Positions 30,760 through 40,992 of a DNA stretch of 64,000 nt are shown piece by piece. The DNA is from a bacterium (GTDB lineage: Bacteria; SAR324; XYD2-FULL-50-16; G965216635), in NCBI GenBank assembly GCA_965216635.1, contig OZ244188.1:1856001-1920000 (forward strand), read 5' to 3'. A program made the position numbers and the translations under genes. Under the pieces are notes generated by a model that worked only from the letters and a program-made list of their open reading frames with translations, searched no databases and was not told the origin of the DNA. The number at the start of each line of letters is the position of its first letter. The first letter of the stretch is position 1.

Positions 30760-31467
30760 ATGAAAGAATATAAATACTACCCCCTCCTCTGTGGTCTTTT
30801 TGTAGCGTCTTTGTTGACGAGCAATATTTTATCCGCAGCTAAAATTGTAGATTTGGGAATTAGTCTATTTGGCACTGCCTTAGTGCTAGATGCAGGAACC
30901 TTTATTTTTCCTTTGTGTTATATTTTAGGAGATTTACTCACAGAGGTTTATGGTTATAAAAAAACTAAAAAAGTAATTTGGATAGGATTTTTTTCTTCTG
31001 TTGTCTTAATCGGCTCTGTTTATCTTGTGGCACTGCTCCCCGCAGAAACGATTTGGCAGCAAGAAGTAGGCGACGATGCCTATCAAAAAATACTCGGTAG
31101 TATTGCAAATGGAGGAATTTTTATTGCTAGTCTTGTTGCCTATTTGATTGGTGAATTTTCTAATTCGGCTGTTCTTTCTAAAATGAAAATTCTTACCGCT
31201 GGAAAAATGCTTTATTTGAGAACTATGAGTAGCACCGTTATTGGACAATTTTTAGATAGCCTTATTTTCATTTTGATTGCCTGTCTTTTGGGGGTCTTCC
31301 CTTGGGAGATATTTACCAATTTGCTTTTGACTGCTTTTTTGTTTAAGGTTGCTTTTGAATTTATCTTTACCCCTGTCTTATACTTATTAGCCAATTTTTT
31401 GAAAAAACAAGAAAAACTAGATACTTACGACCATAAAATCAATTACAATCCTTTCTCTTTGAAGTAG
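30760..31467 (+). CDS. yhhQ: Queuosine precursor transporter (YhhQ/VUT family)
   Basis: FPLCYILGDLLTEVYG, ASLVAYLIGEFSN, STVIGQFLDS. Confidence 0.88.
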   Translation: MKEYKYYPLLCGLFVASLLTSNILSAAKIVDLGISLFGTALVLDAGTFIFPLCYILGDLLTEVYGYKKTKKVIWIGFFSSVVLIGSVYLVALLPAETIWQQEVGDDAYQKILGSIANGGIFIASLVAYLIGEFSNSAVLSKMKILTAGKMLYLRTMSSTVIGQFLDSLIFILIACLLGVFPWEIFTNLLLTAFLFKVAFEFIFTPVLYLLANFLKKQEKLDTYDHKINYNPFSLK

Positions 31468-31470
31468 AAA

Positions 31471-32016
31471 ATGATATTAACCACAGTATTAGAAATTGTA
31501 AATAATTTTTTTGAAATTGTAAGAATTATGGTACTACCCGCAGTATTGGAGGTTGTGAAAATTTTTGTTGAAATCGGGATTGCACTAGGTTTGTTTTATC
31601 TAGGCTATCAAGCCAATAGAATTGCAAAAAGTAATCTGGAACTTGCAGTAACTAAAGATGAAAGAGACCTTTTTTATGCCGTCTATACAAAATTAGTAGA
31701 TGCTTGCAAGGCGTTTAGAAAACTAGCACTTCCTTCGAACAGAAGCATCAAAGATAATGAATTTTTAGATATGTTAGAGATTTTTTATGAAGCTAGTGAA
31801 CATGCAAGATTGTTTCTTCCTAAAGAAATTGAGAATTATATAAGAGACATAGAAAAAAAAGCATGGAAATATAATGATTTACGCAGCATAGGTAAATATG
31901 GATTATCAAAAGAAGAAAAACGAGAAAAGCAAAAATTACGTAGAGAGATTAGTTTAAAAGAACACCATCAAATTTTTTCTCCTTATCTAAAACTTAGAGC
32001 AAAAAAAAATTGGTAA
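31471..32016 (+). CDS. Hypothetical membrane-anchored protein
   Basis: N-terminal hydrophobic helices; distant similarity to the next ORF. Confidence 0.7.
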   Translation: MILTTVLEIVNNFFEIVRIMVLPAVLEVVKIFVEIGIALGLFYLGYQANRIAKSNLELAVTKDERDLFYAVYTKLVDACKAFRKLALPSNRSIKDNEFLDMLEIFYEASEHARLFLPKEIENYIRDIEKKAWKYNDLRSIGKYGLSKEEKREKQKLRREISLKEHHQIFSPYLKLRAKKNW

Positions 32017-32104
32017 AAAAAGTATTTGCAATTTTTTTTATAATTTTATATTATGAAAAAAGATTTTTGTAGAATTTAATCCAAACCTTATTCTTAACTG
32101 ACCT

Positions 32105-32503
32105 ATGGGAACAATAAATTCAAATCCTCATCTAACCGAAGACGAAAGGGAAAAGTTTTATACGGTTTATGACAACTTAAGTAGTGCTAAAGGAATGATT
32201 TTAATAGATAGATTGGTGGATAGAAACGCCTTAAGATTGCTAGGAGCAGCAGTAAGACAAGCAAAATTTGAAATGCCTGATGATATAGAAAAATATGCAG
32301 AAAACCTTTGTGATACTGCTGTTCAAGCCTATTCTGCTCGTCTAGTATTGGATAAAAAGGATGAATATTTTTCTACAACGACGAATAAGCGTATAAATAA
32401 AGAAAAAATAGAAAAAGAACACAAAGACTTAATTCTTAAAATTGAAAAAAGCGAGGACCCTCTTAAAATTTTTTCTAAATACCTAAAGATTAAAATCAAT
32501 TAG
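32105..32503 (+). CDS. Hypothetical protein, distant paralog of 31471-32016
   Basis: Shared pattern DER..FY.VY..L / A...P.(D/E)IE.Y / IFS.YLK. Confidence 0.7.
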   Translation: MGTINSNPHLTEDEREKFYTVYDNLSSAKGMILIDRLVDRNALRLLGAAVRQAKFEMPDDIEKYAENLCDTAVQAYSARLVLDKKDEYFSTTTNKRINKEKIEKEHKDLILKIEKSEDPLKIFSKYLKIKIN

Positions 32504-32681
32504 CAAGAGCATCTTGGTTGTTTAATTCTAAAGCCTCAGTGAGAGTGATTGAGTTTTTTTTTTGAGTTCTGCATAAGTTCTTTCTTGGCAATAGTAAAAT
32601 GATACTAACCACAGTATTAGAAATCACAAAAATTACTGCGGGAATTATACAGTCTTAAAAACAAATAAAGCTTAAAAAACT

Positions 32682-33644
32682 CTATTTACTATTATATCCC
32701 AGCCTCGCAGAAATCAATTCCTCCAGTTTTTCAGAATCTCTACTAAAAAGAAGGATCCCCTCTGCTAATTTTTCTGTTGCCATAGAATCCTCGTTGAGTT
32801 GTTTGCGAAAATCTTTTTCTTCTAGTTCTTGCCAGTCTTTTGTATCTTCTTTTTTAGAATCTATTTTACGAGTTAATTTTTTTTTCTGTCCCGCTAATTT
32901 TTCTAATAGTGCAGGACTGATGGTTAGTTTATCGCAACCTGCAAGCTCTTCTATTTGATGAATACCCCGAAAACTAGCTCCCATAATAATAGTTTCAACT
33001 TGATGGTGCTTATAATAACTATAAACATTTTTTACAAATTTCACTCCTGGGTCTTCTTGCCCGTAGTCCTTATCGGGAAAATGTTCTTTATACCAATCTA
33101 GTATTCTGCCGACAAAAGGAGATATAAGGTAGGCTTTCGCTTGAGCTGCTGCTACTGCTTGGCAGCGAGAAAACAAAAGAGTAATATTACAGTTGATACC
33201 ATGCTCTTGTAACTGTTTAGCTGCTTGAATACCTTCCCAAGTAGCCGCTATTTTAATCAAAACTCTTTCTCCTGAGATTCCTTGTTCTTCATAAAACTGT
33301 AAAATTCTGTGAGCCTGAATAACTGTGGTTGCGGTATCAAAGGAATGTCTTGCGTCTACTTCTGTGGAAATTTTACCCGGAATGAATTTTAGTATTTCTA
33401 TGCCAAAATTAACCGCAGTTTTTTCTAAGGCTAAATCTACAATGTCTTTTTTACTCTGCGTTTTTTTTTGTGCCCAAAGGATGGCTTCCTCTAGTAAAAA
33501 ATCGTATTGTTTGTCGTTGAGAGCTTTTAATATCAAGCTGGGGTTCGTAGTAGCATCTGTGGGGTGCAACTGTTTGATTAATTCTATTTCTCCGCTATCT
33601 ACTACAATTTCTGTATGCTTTTGTAGACTTTCTAAACTGTTCAT
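32682..33644 (-). CDS. tal: Transaldolase
   Basis: DATTNPSLI, ISTEVDAR, VLIKIAATWEGI, ISPFVGRILDW. Confidence 0.97.
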   Translation of the reverse strand: MNSLESLQKHTEIVVDSGEIELIKQLHPTDATTNPSLILKALNDKQYDFLLEEAILWAQKKTQSKKDIVDLALEKTAVNFGIEILKFIPGKISTEVDARHSFDTATTVIQAHRILQFYEEQGISGERVLIKIAATWEGIQAAKQLQEHGINCNITLLFSRCQAVAAAQAKAYLISPFVGRILDWYKEHFPDKDYGQEDPGVKFVKNVYSYYKHHQVETIIMGASFRGIHQIEELAGCDKLTISPALLEKLAGQKKKLTRKIDSKKEDTKDWQELEEKDFRKQLNEDSMATEKLAEGILLFSRDSEKLEELISARLGYNSK

Positions 33645-33751
33645 TCTAGGTTGGATTCCATTGTATCAGCCTGTTTTCCGAAAATTTCTGAAAATTACTG
33701 TGTAGTGGGTATAGCCCATTCATTATCTTAAAAGAGCAAGTATTGGTCCGC

Positions 33752-35029
33752 TCAAATAGCGGGTTCAAGTAGCTTTTCACATTGCTCCCAATAGCTAGGA
33801 AAAGTTTTTTGAACACAATCGGGGTTTTCTATTTCTAAGTCTGGAATTTTCAACCCTGCAAGAGAGAAAGACATAGCCATTCTATGATCGTTATAGGTTT
33901 TAATATTTGCCCCATGGTACTGTCCGTTTCCATAAATGGCAATACTGTCTTCTGTTTCTTCTACTCTAGCCCCTAATCTAGTGAGCTCGGTAGCAAGAGC
34001 TTTGAGCCTATCGCACTCTTTGAGACGAATATTTTGAATACCTTTAATACAGGTTTTTCCTTTTGCAAAAAGAGATGTAACTGCAAGAGTCAAGGAGACA
34101 TCACTTAAATCTTTCATATTTACTTCAATACCGTGCATTTCTTTTCCAATCAAGGTGACTTCGTTCGTTCCCCATTCTACTTGACATCCCATGTTTTTTA
34201 GTATTTGTAAAAAACCTAAATCTCCTTGTAGAGATTTTGGAGAAAAGGGAGAGAGGGTGATTTTGCCTTTTGTGATAGCCGCCATCGCAAAAAAATAGGA
34301 CGCCGAAGATGCGTCTGCTTCTACGGTGTAGTCTCTGGCTTGATATTTTTGGTTTGCAGGAATAAACAACTGGTTTTGTGCTAACCATTCACAACAAACC
34401 CCAAAGTGCTCCATAATTTTCCTCGTCATTTCAATATAGGGTAAGGAGACTGTATCGCCTTTTAGAGTAATGTAAGTATCTTCTATAGCTAGCGGAGCTG
34501 TTAGCATTATTGCAGAAATAAACTGAGAACTGATGGAGCTTTCTAGGGTGATTTTTCCTCCTCTAAAACCAGTAGCACTTATTTCTAAAGGGAAATTTGC
34601 TGGAGGCTCCATTTTTTTTATTTTGCAACCCAAAGATCCCAAAGCAATCAATAGTTCATCTATAGGTCTTTCTTTTGTTCTTTGGCTTCCGGTTAAAATA
34701 TAATCTCCTTCGCCCAAACTCAAAAGTGGCAGCAAAAATCTAGCAACAGTGCCCGCACCATTTACAAAAAGTTCATCATTACAGGGCGATATTTTTCCAC
34801 CTTTACCCTGCACAATCAGTTGCTCGGTTTGAGTTTTAATGGAAATACCTAGTTGTTGAAGACAAGTTATCATTCTTTCGGTGTCGTCTGCTTCCAAGAG
34901 AGGACGTTGGATTTTAGTCTCTCCATCACTAAGAGCAGCAACCAGTAAGGCACGATTTGTAAGGCTTTTAGAACCGGGTATTTCTACAGAACCGTGAACG
35001 GGGTTTGTTTGTGTAGGTAGTTTGACCAT
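33752..35029 (-). CDS. aroA: 3-phosphoshikimate 1-carboxyvinyltransferase
   Basis: PGSKSLTNR, SSQFISA, RLKECDR, DHRMAM, KTFP. Confidence 0.97.
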   Translation of the reverse strand: MVKLPTQTNPVHGSVEIPGSKSLTNRALLVAALSDGETKIQRPLLEADDTERMITCLQQLGISIKTQTEQLIVQGKGGKISPCNDELFVNGAGTVARFLLPLLSLGEGDYILTGSQRTKERPIDELLIALGSLGCKIKKMEPPANFPLEISATGFRGGKITLESSISSQFISAIMLTAPLAIEDTYITLKGDTVSLPYIEMTRKIMEHFGVCCEWLAQNQLFIPANQKYQARDYTVEADASSASYFFAMAAITKGKITLSPFSPKSLQGDLGFLQILKNMGCQVEWGTNEVTLIGKEMHGIEVNMKDLSDVSLTLAVTSLFAKGKTCIKGIQNIRLKECDRLKALATELTRLGARVEETEDSIAIYGNGQYHGANIKTYNDHRMAMSFSLAGLKIPDLEIENPDCVQKTFPSYWEQCEKLLEPAI

Positions 35030-35115
35030 AAAACACCTTTTTTAAGGTGTATTGAAAAATTATTATTATAGACTATATTTTACACTAAATTTCAAACTTC
35101 TTATTATAGGCAAAC

Positions 35116-35377
35116 AATACACCATTTTATCAAAAAAAGCAAATAATCCACCATTTTTATCAAAAAAAGTCTACAATACACCATTTTTATCAAAATAAAT
35201 TACTTTTTTTGCAAAAACTATCAATATTTTTTAGAGAAAAATAAGCAGAAAAAATAAAAAACCTGCCAATAGCCAATAGAATATTGACAAGAAGGTATTT
35301 TTCTGTAATTATTTTTATAAAAAATAAGCAGAAAAAATAAAAAAACTTTCCAATAGCCACTAGAATATTGACAAGAA
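35116..35377 (+). promoter_or_regulatory. Repeated upstream elements: 3x ACCATTTT(T)ATCAAAA, then a duplicated about 57-bp block ending in TTGACAAGAA
   Basis: Three repeats at about 35120-35195; duplicated block at 35237-35293 and 35320-35377. Confidence 0.6.
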
Positions 35378-35431
35378 TCTTTTTTTCTGTTACTTTTTAT
35401 TTTAATACTAATTTTTTCATCACAAATAATT

Positions 35432-36910
35432 ATGAAAAACACAAATTCCCAAGTTTTAAGTAAAACTTTTGCTGTTCGTTTTACTTTGGTTCGTTTTATT
35501 TTGGCTCGTTTTACTCTGGCTCGTTTCGTTTTGGCGGCTATTCTTATTCCCGCTCTTCTTATAGGAAGTGCCTTTACTTTTGGAGTCAGCAATCTGCAAG
35601 CCCAAGAGGTTCAAAGTAGCCCGAATGGTAGTAGCAAGCAGGGATTTTTCGCTGGTTTTGTCTATCTAAGTGGTTTTAAAGTGGATACCACAACACTTGT
35701 CACCACAAATAGCACAACCTATACTGACGCTATTACTACAGGCTATGAAATCACTGGCTATGGAGACGCAACCTCTAGCATAGTCGTAACCGGTGTGAAT
35801 CCTACTTGGAATCCTAAAACAACAGCAGCTGGAATCAGAGCTTTATTAAAAGCAAACTGTGAAAGAGGTGAAACATCTGTTGATATAGCTGAAGATGGAG
35901 ACGCAACAGAAGAATATTTTTTTAACGAGAGTTCCAATGCTTTTACTTCCTTTACTATTGGTGAAAAACCGGAATTAAATGAGATCGAGCCCTCTGGAGA
36001 TGCTACTGTAACTTTACCAACTTCTGCTGAACCCTTTCCTACAGGATTTACTACTGGAGAAACATCCCATTGTTTTCGCTACTTTTTCGGAGATCTTTCC
36101 TCCACTAGAACCTCTATTGATCTTCCTGCTTATGAGATAGCAACTGCAGATTCAGAACCAACTCCAACTGCTGTAATTGTGGCTCCAAGAACAATCACTA
36201 GTAGCAAGAGCGATAAAATCTCAGGTATTGGTCTGCAATTCGGCTTTAGGTGGGAAAAATGGAGAGCCTCCTTGACTCACTTTACTGGCAAGGGGGGAGA
36301 TAACGAGCTCGCCAATACACTAGTTATGGCGGATTATTTTGTAAACAAGGATTTTTTTGTAGGAGGCGGTCTAGCGAGTATGACGCTTACCAATGGTTTA
36401 ACCAGCGGCTCTGCCACAAGTCCAGCACTTAGAGTCGGCTATAAGCGAAACTTGACCTCCAACCTGTCGCTTAATTTTGGCTTGACGAAGTATATTTCGG
36501 GGGTTTCTCTAAAAAGTAGTGCTACTACTACTAATACTACTGCTAATGCTAATACTACTCCCATGGTGTTACGCTCTTTTGAAGAAACACAGACTTCTAA
36601 AGCCGGTGATTCAGCAACAATTGGTGCAATAAATGTGAGAATACCCGGCTTTAGAACCACCACCTCTGGTAGAATAAAAGGTCTAATCACCAGATTTAGA
36701 TACGTAGATGAGCGTATTGAGCAGTGCCCTAATTGTCCGCATAGCGACCAGAGAATACAAGTAACTCAATTCCGCAGCAGAACTGTAAATATAGACGAAA
36801 TCCAGATTCCAGCAGGAGCCACAGAAACTCAGACAACCACAACCACAGAAACAGATGCCGAACTCAAAGCACCCCTCGTCATCAGCATCTCCCTGCACTT
36901 GAGTTTTTAA
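35432..36910 (+). CDS. Outer-membrane beta-barrel with two large variable loops, paralog 1
   Basis: Signal peptide, eight amphipathic strands conserved among paralogs, C-terminal ISISLHLSF. Confidence 0.8.
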   Translation: MKNTNSQVLSKTFAVRFTLVRFILARFTLARFVLAAILIPALLIGSAFTFGVSNLQAQEVQSSPNGSSKQGFFAGFVYLSGFKVDTTTLVTTNSTTYTDAITTGYEITGYGDATSSIVVTGVNPTWNPKTTAAGIRALLKANCERGETSVDIAEDGDATEEYFFNESSNAFTSFTIGEKPELNEIEPSGDATVTLPTSAEPFPTGFTTGETSHCFRYFFGDLSSTRTSIDLPAYEIATADSEPTPTAVIVAPRTITSSKSDKISGIGLQFGFRWEKWRASLTHFTGKGGDNELANTLVMADYFVNKDFFVGGGLASMTLTNGLTSGSATSPALRVGYKRNLTSNLSLNFGLTKYISGVSLKSSATTTNTTANANTTPMVLRSFEETQTSKAGDSATIGAINVRIPGFRTTTSGRIKGLITRFRYVDERIEQCPNCPHSDQRIQVTQFRSRTVNIDEIQIPAGATETQTTTTTETDAELKAPLVISISLHLSF

Positions 36911-36951
36911 GAAAAAAAAACTGCAGGGAACATTTTTATAATAGCATAACA

Positions 36952-37331
36952 TATAAGACGCCCTACAGGGCGTCTTATACGATGTGCATAAACCACAAAA
37001 AGCTGTTTTTAATAAACGTTCTAAATTTATGAGACGCCCATATAGGACGTCTCTACAGACCTACATATTTTAATAAACGTTCTAAATTTATGAGACGCCC
37101 ATATAGGACGTCTCTACAGACCTACATATTTTAATAAACGTTCTAAATTTATGAGACGCCCATATAGGACGTCTCTACAGACCTACATATTTTAATAAAC
37201 GTTCTAAATTTATGAGACGCCCATATAGGACGTCTCTACAGACCTACATATTTTAATAAACGTTCTAAATTTATGAGACGCCCATATAGGACGTCTCTAC
37301 AGACCTACATAAAATAAAAAATACCTCCCCG
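36952..37331. repeat. REP array 1: leader palindrome, 5 identical 61-bp units (37007-37311), trailer
   Basis: Unit TTTTAATAAACGTTCTAAATTTATGAGACGCCCATATAGGACGTCTCTACAGACCTACATA. Confidence 0.95.
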
Positions 37332-37501
37332 CAACGCATTTGCTTTTTTTATTTGCTTTTAAAGTGTTTTTCTGCAATTATTCTTTATAAAGAATGAGCA
37401 GTAAAAATAAAAAGATGCCAATAGCCGACAGAATAATATTGACAAGATTTTTTTTTCTGTTACTCTTTATTTTAATACTAATTTTTTCATCACAAATAAT
37501 T

Positions 37502-38908
37502 ATGAAAAACACAAATTCCCAAGTTTTAAGGAAAACTTTTGCTGTTCGTTTCGTTTTGGCGGCTATTCTTATTCCCGCCCTTCTTATAGGAAGTGCCTTT
37601 ACTTTTGGAGGCAGCAAGCTGCAAGCCCAAGAGGTTCAAAGTAGCCCGAATGGTAGCAGCAAGCTGGGATTTTTCGCGGGTTTTGTCTATCTGAGTGGTT
37701 TTAAAGTGGATACCACAAAAAAGGTCACCACAAATATCACAACCATCACTGACGCTACTACTACAGGCTATGAAATCACTGGCTATGGAGACGCAACCTC
37801 TAGCATAGTCTTAACCGGTGTGAATCCTACTTGGAATGCTGCAACAGCAACTGGAATCAGATCTTTATTAAAAGCAAACTGTGAAAGAGGTGAAACATCT
37901 GTTGATATAGCTGAAGATGGAGACGCAACAGAAGAATATTTTTTTGGTGAGCTTACTCCTTTTTTTAGTTCCTTTACTATTGGTGAAAAACCGGAATTCG
38001 ATAAGATTGAGCCCTCTGGAGATGCTACTGTAACTTTATCAACTTCTGCTGAACCCTTTTATACAGGATCTACTGGAGAAACATCCCATTGTTTTAGCTA
38101 CTTTTCCCAAAAGACTAAAGATTTTAATGATTCTACTTATAAGATAGCGACTGCAGATTCAATTCCAACTCAAACTTCTGTACCTAAGGATTCAACAGCA
38201 ATCACTAGTAGCAAGAGCGATCAACTTTCTGGTATCGGTCTGCAATTCGGCGTTAGGTGGGAAAAATGGAGAGCCTCCTTGACTCACTTTACTGGCAAGG
38301 GGGGAGATAACGAGCTCGCCAATACGCTAGTTATGGCGGATTATTTTGTAAACGAGGATTTTTTTGTAGGAGGCGGTCTAGCGAGTATGAAGCTTACCAA
38401 TAGTTTAACCAGCGGCTCTGCCACAAGCCCAGCGCTTAGAGTCGGCTATAAGCGAAACTTGACCTCCAACCTATCGCTTAATTTTGGCTTGACGAAGTAT
38501 ATCTCGGGGGCTTCTCTAAATCATACGGCCACGGCTACGGATACGGATGTGACTCCTGCTCCTGATCCTATTCGCATTGCCGAAGTCAAAACACAGACTG
38601 CAAGCTATACAGCAACAATTGGTGCAAATCTTGTGAGAATACCCGGCTTTACTGAAACCAACTCTGGTAGAAAAAGATATAATACCGCCAATTTTAGATA
38701 CGTAGATGAGCGTATTGAGTCGTGCCCTGATTGTCCGCATAGAGATACCAGAATACAAGCAACCCAAGTCCACAGCAGAACTGTATATATAGATAAAATC
38801 CTAATTCCAGCAGGAGCTACAGAAACTCAGAAAACCACAACCACAAAAACCGCTGCCGAACTCAAAGCACCACTCGTAATCAGCATCTCCTTCCACTTGA
38901 GTTTTTAA
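37502..38908 (+). CDS. Outer-membrane beta-barrel with two large variable loops, paralog 2
   Basis: As paralog 1; start set at MKNTNSQ by homology. Confidence 0.8.
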   Translation: MKNTNSQVLRKTFAVRFVLAAILIPALLIGSAFTFGGSKLQAQEVQSSPNGSSKLGFFAGFVYLSGFKVDTTKKVTTNITTITDATTTGYEITGYGDATSSIVLTGVNPTWNAATATGIRSLLKANCERGETSVDIAEDGDATEEYFFGELTPFFSSFTIGEKPEFDKIEPSGDATVTLSTSAEPFYTGSTGETSHCFSYFSQKTKDFNDSTYKIATADSIPTQTSVPKDSTAITSSKSDQLSGIGLQFGVRWEKWRASLTHFTGKGGDNELANTLVMADYFVNEDFFVGGGLASMKLTNSLTSGSATSPALRVGYKRNLTSNLSLNFGLTKYISGASLNHTATATDTDVTPAPDPIRIAEVKTQTASYTATIGANLVRIPGFTETNSGRKRYNTANFRYVDERIESCPDCPHRDTRIQATQVHSRTVYIDKILIPAGATETQKTTTTKTAAELKAPLVISISFHLSF

Positions 38909-38946
38909 GAAAAAGATAAACTGCAGGGAATTTTATAGCATAACAT

Positions 38947-39404
38947 GTAGAGACGCCCTACAGGGCGTCTTATACGATGTGCATAAACCACAAAAAACTG
39001 TTTTTAATAAACGTTCTAAATTTATGAGACGCCCATATAGGACGTCTCTACAGACCTACATATTTTAATAAACGTTCTAAATTTATGAGACGCCCATATA
39101 GGACGTCTCTACAGACCTACATATTTTAATAAACGTTCTAAATTTATGAGACGCCCATATAGGACGTCTCTACAGACCTACATATTTTAATAAACGTTCT
39201 AAATTTATGAGACGCCCATATAGGACGTCTCTACAGACCTACATATTTTAATAAACGTTACATGTAGTATAAGACGCCCTACAGGGCGTCTTATACGATG
39301 TGCATAAACCACAAAAAGCTGTTTTTAATAAACGTTCTAAATTTATGAGACGCCCATATAGGACGTCTCTACAGACCTACATAAAATAAAAAATACCTCC
39401 CCGC
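38947..39404. repeat. REP array 2: leader, 4 units (39002-39245), second leader, 1 unit (39323-39383)
   Basis: Same 61-bp unit; leader GTAGAGACGCCCTACAGGGCGTCTTATAC. Confidence 0.95.
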
Positions 39405-39580
39405 AACGCATTTGTTTTTTTTATTTGCTTTTAAAGTGTTTTTCTGTAATTATTTTTATAAAAAATAAGCAAAAAGAAAAAAACTGCCAATAGCCAATAA
39501 ATAGCTTGACAAAAATTTTTTTTTCTGCAATCCTTTATGAAGTTTTGTTATTTAACCTAAATTTAATTATTTACACTATT

Positions 39581-40957
39581 ATGAAAAACATAAATTCCCA
39601 AGTTTTAAGGAAAACTTTCGCTGTTCGTTTTATTTTGGCTCGTTTTACTCTGGTTCGTTTCGTTTTGGCGGCTATTCTTATTCCCGCCCTTCTTATAGGA
39701 AGTGCCTTTACTTTTGGAGGTAGCAATCTGCAAGCCCAAGCGAATGGTAACAGCAAGCTGGGATTTTTCGCTGGTTTTGTCTATCTGAGTGGTTTTAAAG
39801 TGGATAGTATTACTAAAACCACTAGAGTCACTAATGCTACTACTAATATTACTGGTACTACCATAACATCCTATGATCCTAATGTTACCTATTCAGATAT
39901 CACCACTAGCATAGAAGCAGACGCTACTACTTTCTCTGGTTTTAGTGATAATCTGAAAGCTGGAATAAAAGCTCTTATAGCAGCAAACTGTAAAACAGGA
40001 GCAACAACCACTGATGCCGATGATGGAACTTATAGCTTTGCTCGTTTAGCAAGTAGATTGTCACTGCATTCTTTTGATGTAGGCACAAGAGATGAGGTGG
40101 ATGCCACACACACTCGCAATAATGATGGCGTTGCATGGACTTTGGATACATGTTTTGATCACTTTTCTTCTAATGGGGTAACCGCTGATGATTTTGCTGA
40201 TTATGAAGTAACCGCAGATGATATAATAGTGCGGGGTTCAATAATATCAACAACAACAGACACAGACGCATTGATAACAACAACTAACAAGAGCGATAAA
40301 CTATCAGGTATTGGTCTGCAATTCGGCTTTAGGTGGGAAAAATGGAGAGCCTCCTTGACGCACTTCACTGGCAAAGGTGGAGCTAACGAGCTCGCCAATA
40401 CACTAGTTATGGCGGATTATTTTGTCAACAAGGGTCTTTTTATAGGAGGCGGTCTAGCGAGTATGAAGCTCACCAGCGGCTCTGCCAGCGGCTCTGCCAC
40501 AAGTCCAGTGCTTAGAGTCGGCTATAAGCAGAACTTAACTTCCAACCTATCGCTTAATTTTGGCTTGACGAAGTATATCTCGGGGGTTTCTCTAAAAAGT
40601 AGCACTGCTCCGACGACTACTCCCTATACTCCCGACCCTATTTCAAATCCTGGTGATACTACAAGAAACAGCTTGACCCATGAACAGGGTCCAATAAAAA
40701 GATCAGTAGTGATTGGTGCCGCTATTGATGACCCCACCCCCGATAATGCAGATTCTGGTGCATATTTCAGCAGCTCCATTTTTGATCTTAGAACACAAGC
40801 AACCCAATCTGGAAGCAGAACCGTTACTTACAGAGAAATTATTGAGACTGGAGCTACAACCACAACAACAGAAGGAACAATAGAAACAACCACAGAAACC
40901 AATGCCGAACTCAAAGCACCCCTCGTCATCAGCATCTCCTTCCATTTGAGTTTTTAA
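39581..40957 (+). CDS. Outer-membrane beta-barrel with two large variable loops, paralog 3
   Basis: Conserved barrel strands, much more divergent loops; start MKNINSQ. Confidence 0.8.
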   Translation: MKNINSQVLRKTFAVRFILARFTLVRFVLAAILIPALLIGSAFTFGGSNLQAQANGNSKLGFFAGFVYLSGFKVDSITKTTRVTNATTNITGTTITSYDPNVTYSDITTSIEADATTFSGFSDNLKAGIKALIAANCKTGATTTDADDGTYSFARLASRLSLHSFDVGTRDEVDATHTRNNDGVAWTLDTCFDHFSSNGVTADDFADYEVTADDIIVRGSIISTTTDTDALITTTNKSDKLSGIGLQFGFRWEKWRASLTHFTGKGGANELANTLVMADYFVNKGLFIGGGLASMKLTSGSASGSATSPVLRVGYKQNLTSNLSLNFGLTKYISGVSLKSSTAPTTTPYTPDPISNPGDTTRNSLTHEQGPIKRSVVIGAAIDDPTPDNADSGAYFSSSIFDLRTQATQSGSRTVTYREIIETGATTTTTEGTIETTTETNAELKAPLVISISFHLSF

Positions 40958-40992
40958 GAAAAAAAACTGCAGGGAATTTTATAACATAACAT

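Noticed and set aside
35432..40957. Diversity-generating retroelement acting on the barrel genes
   Set aside because: No reverse transcriptase in the window; differences include indels and all base types rather than adenine-specific changes
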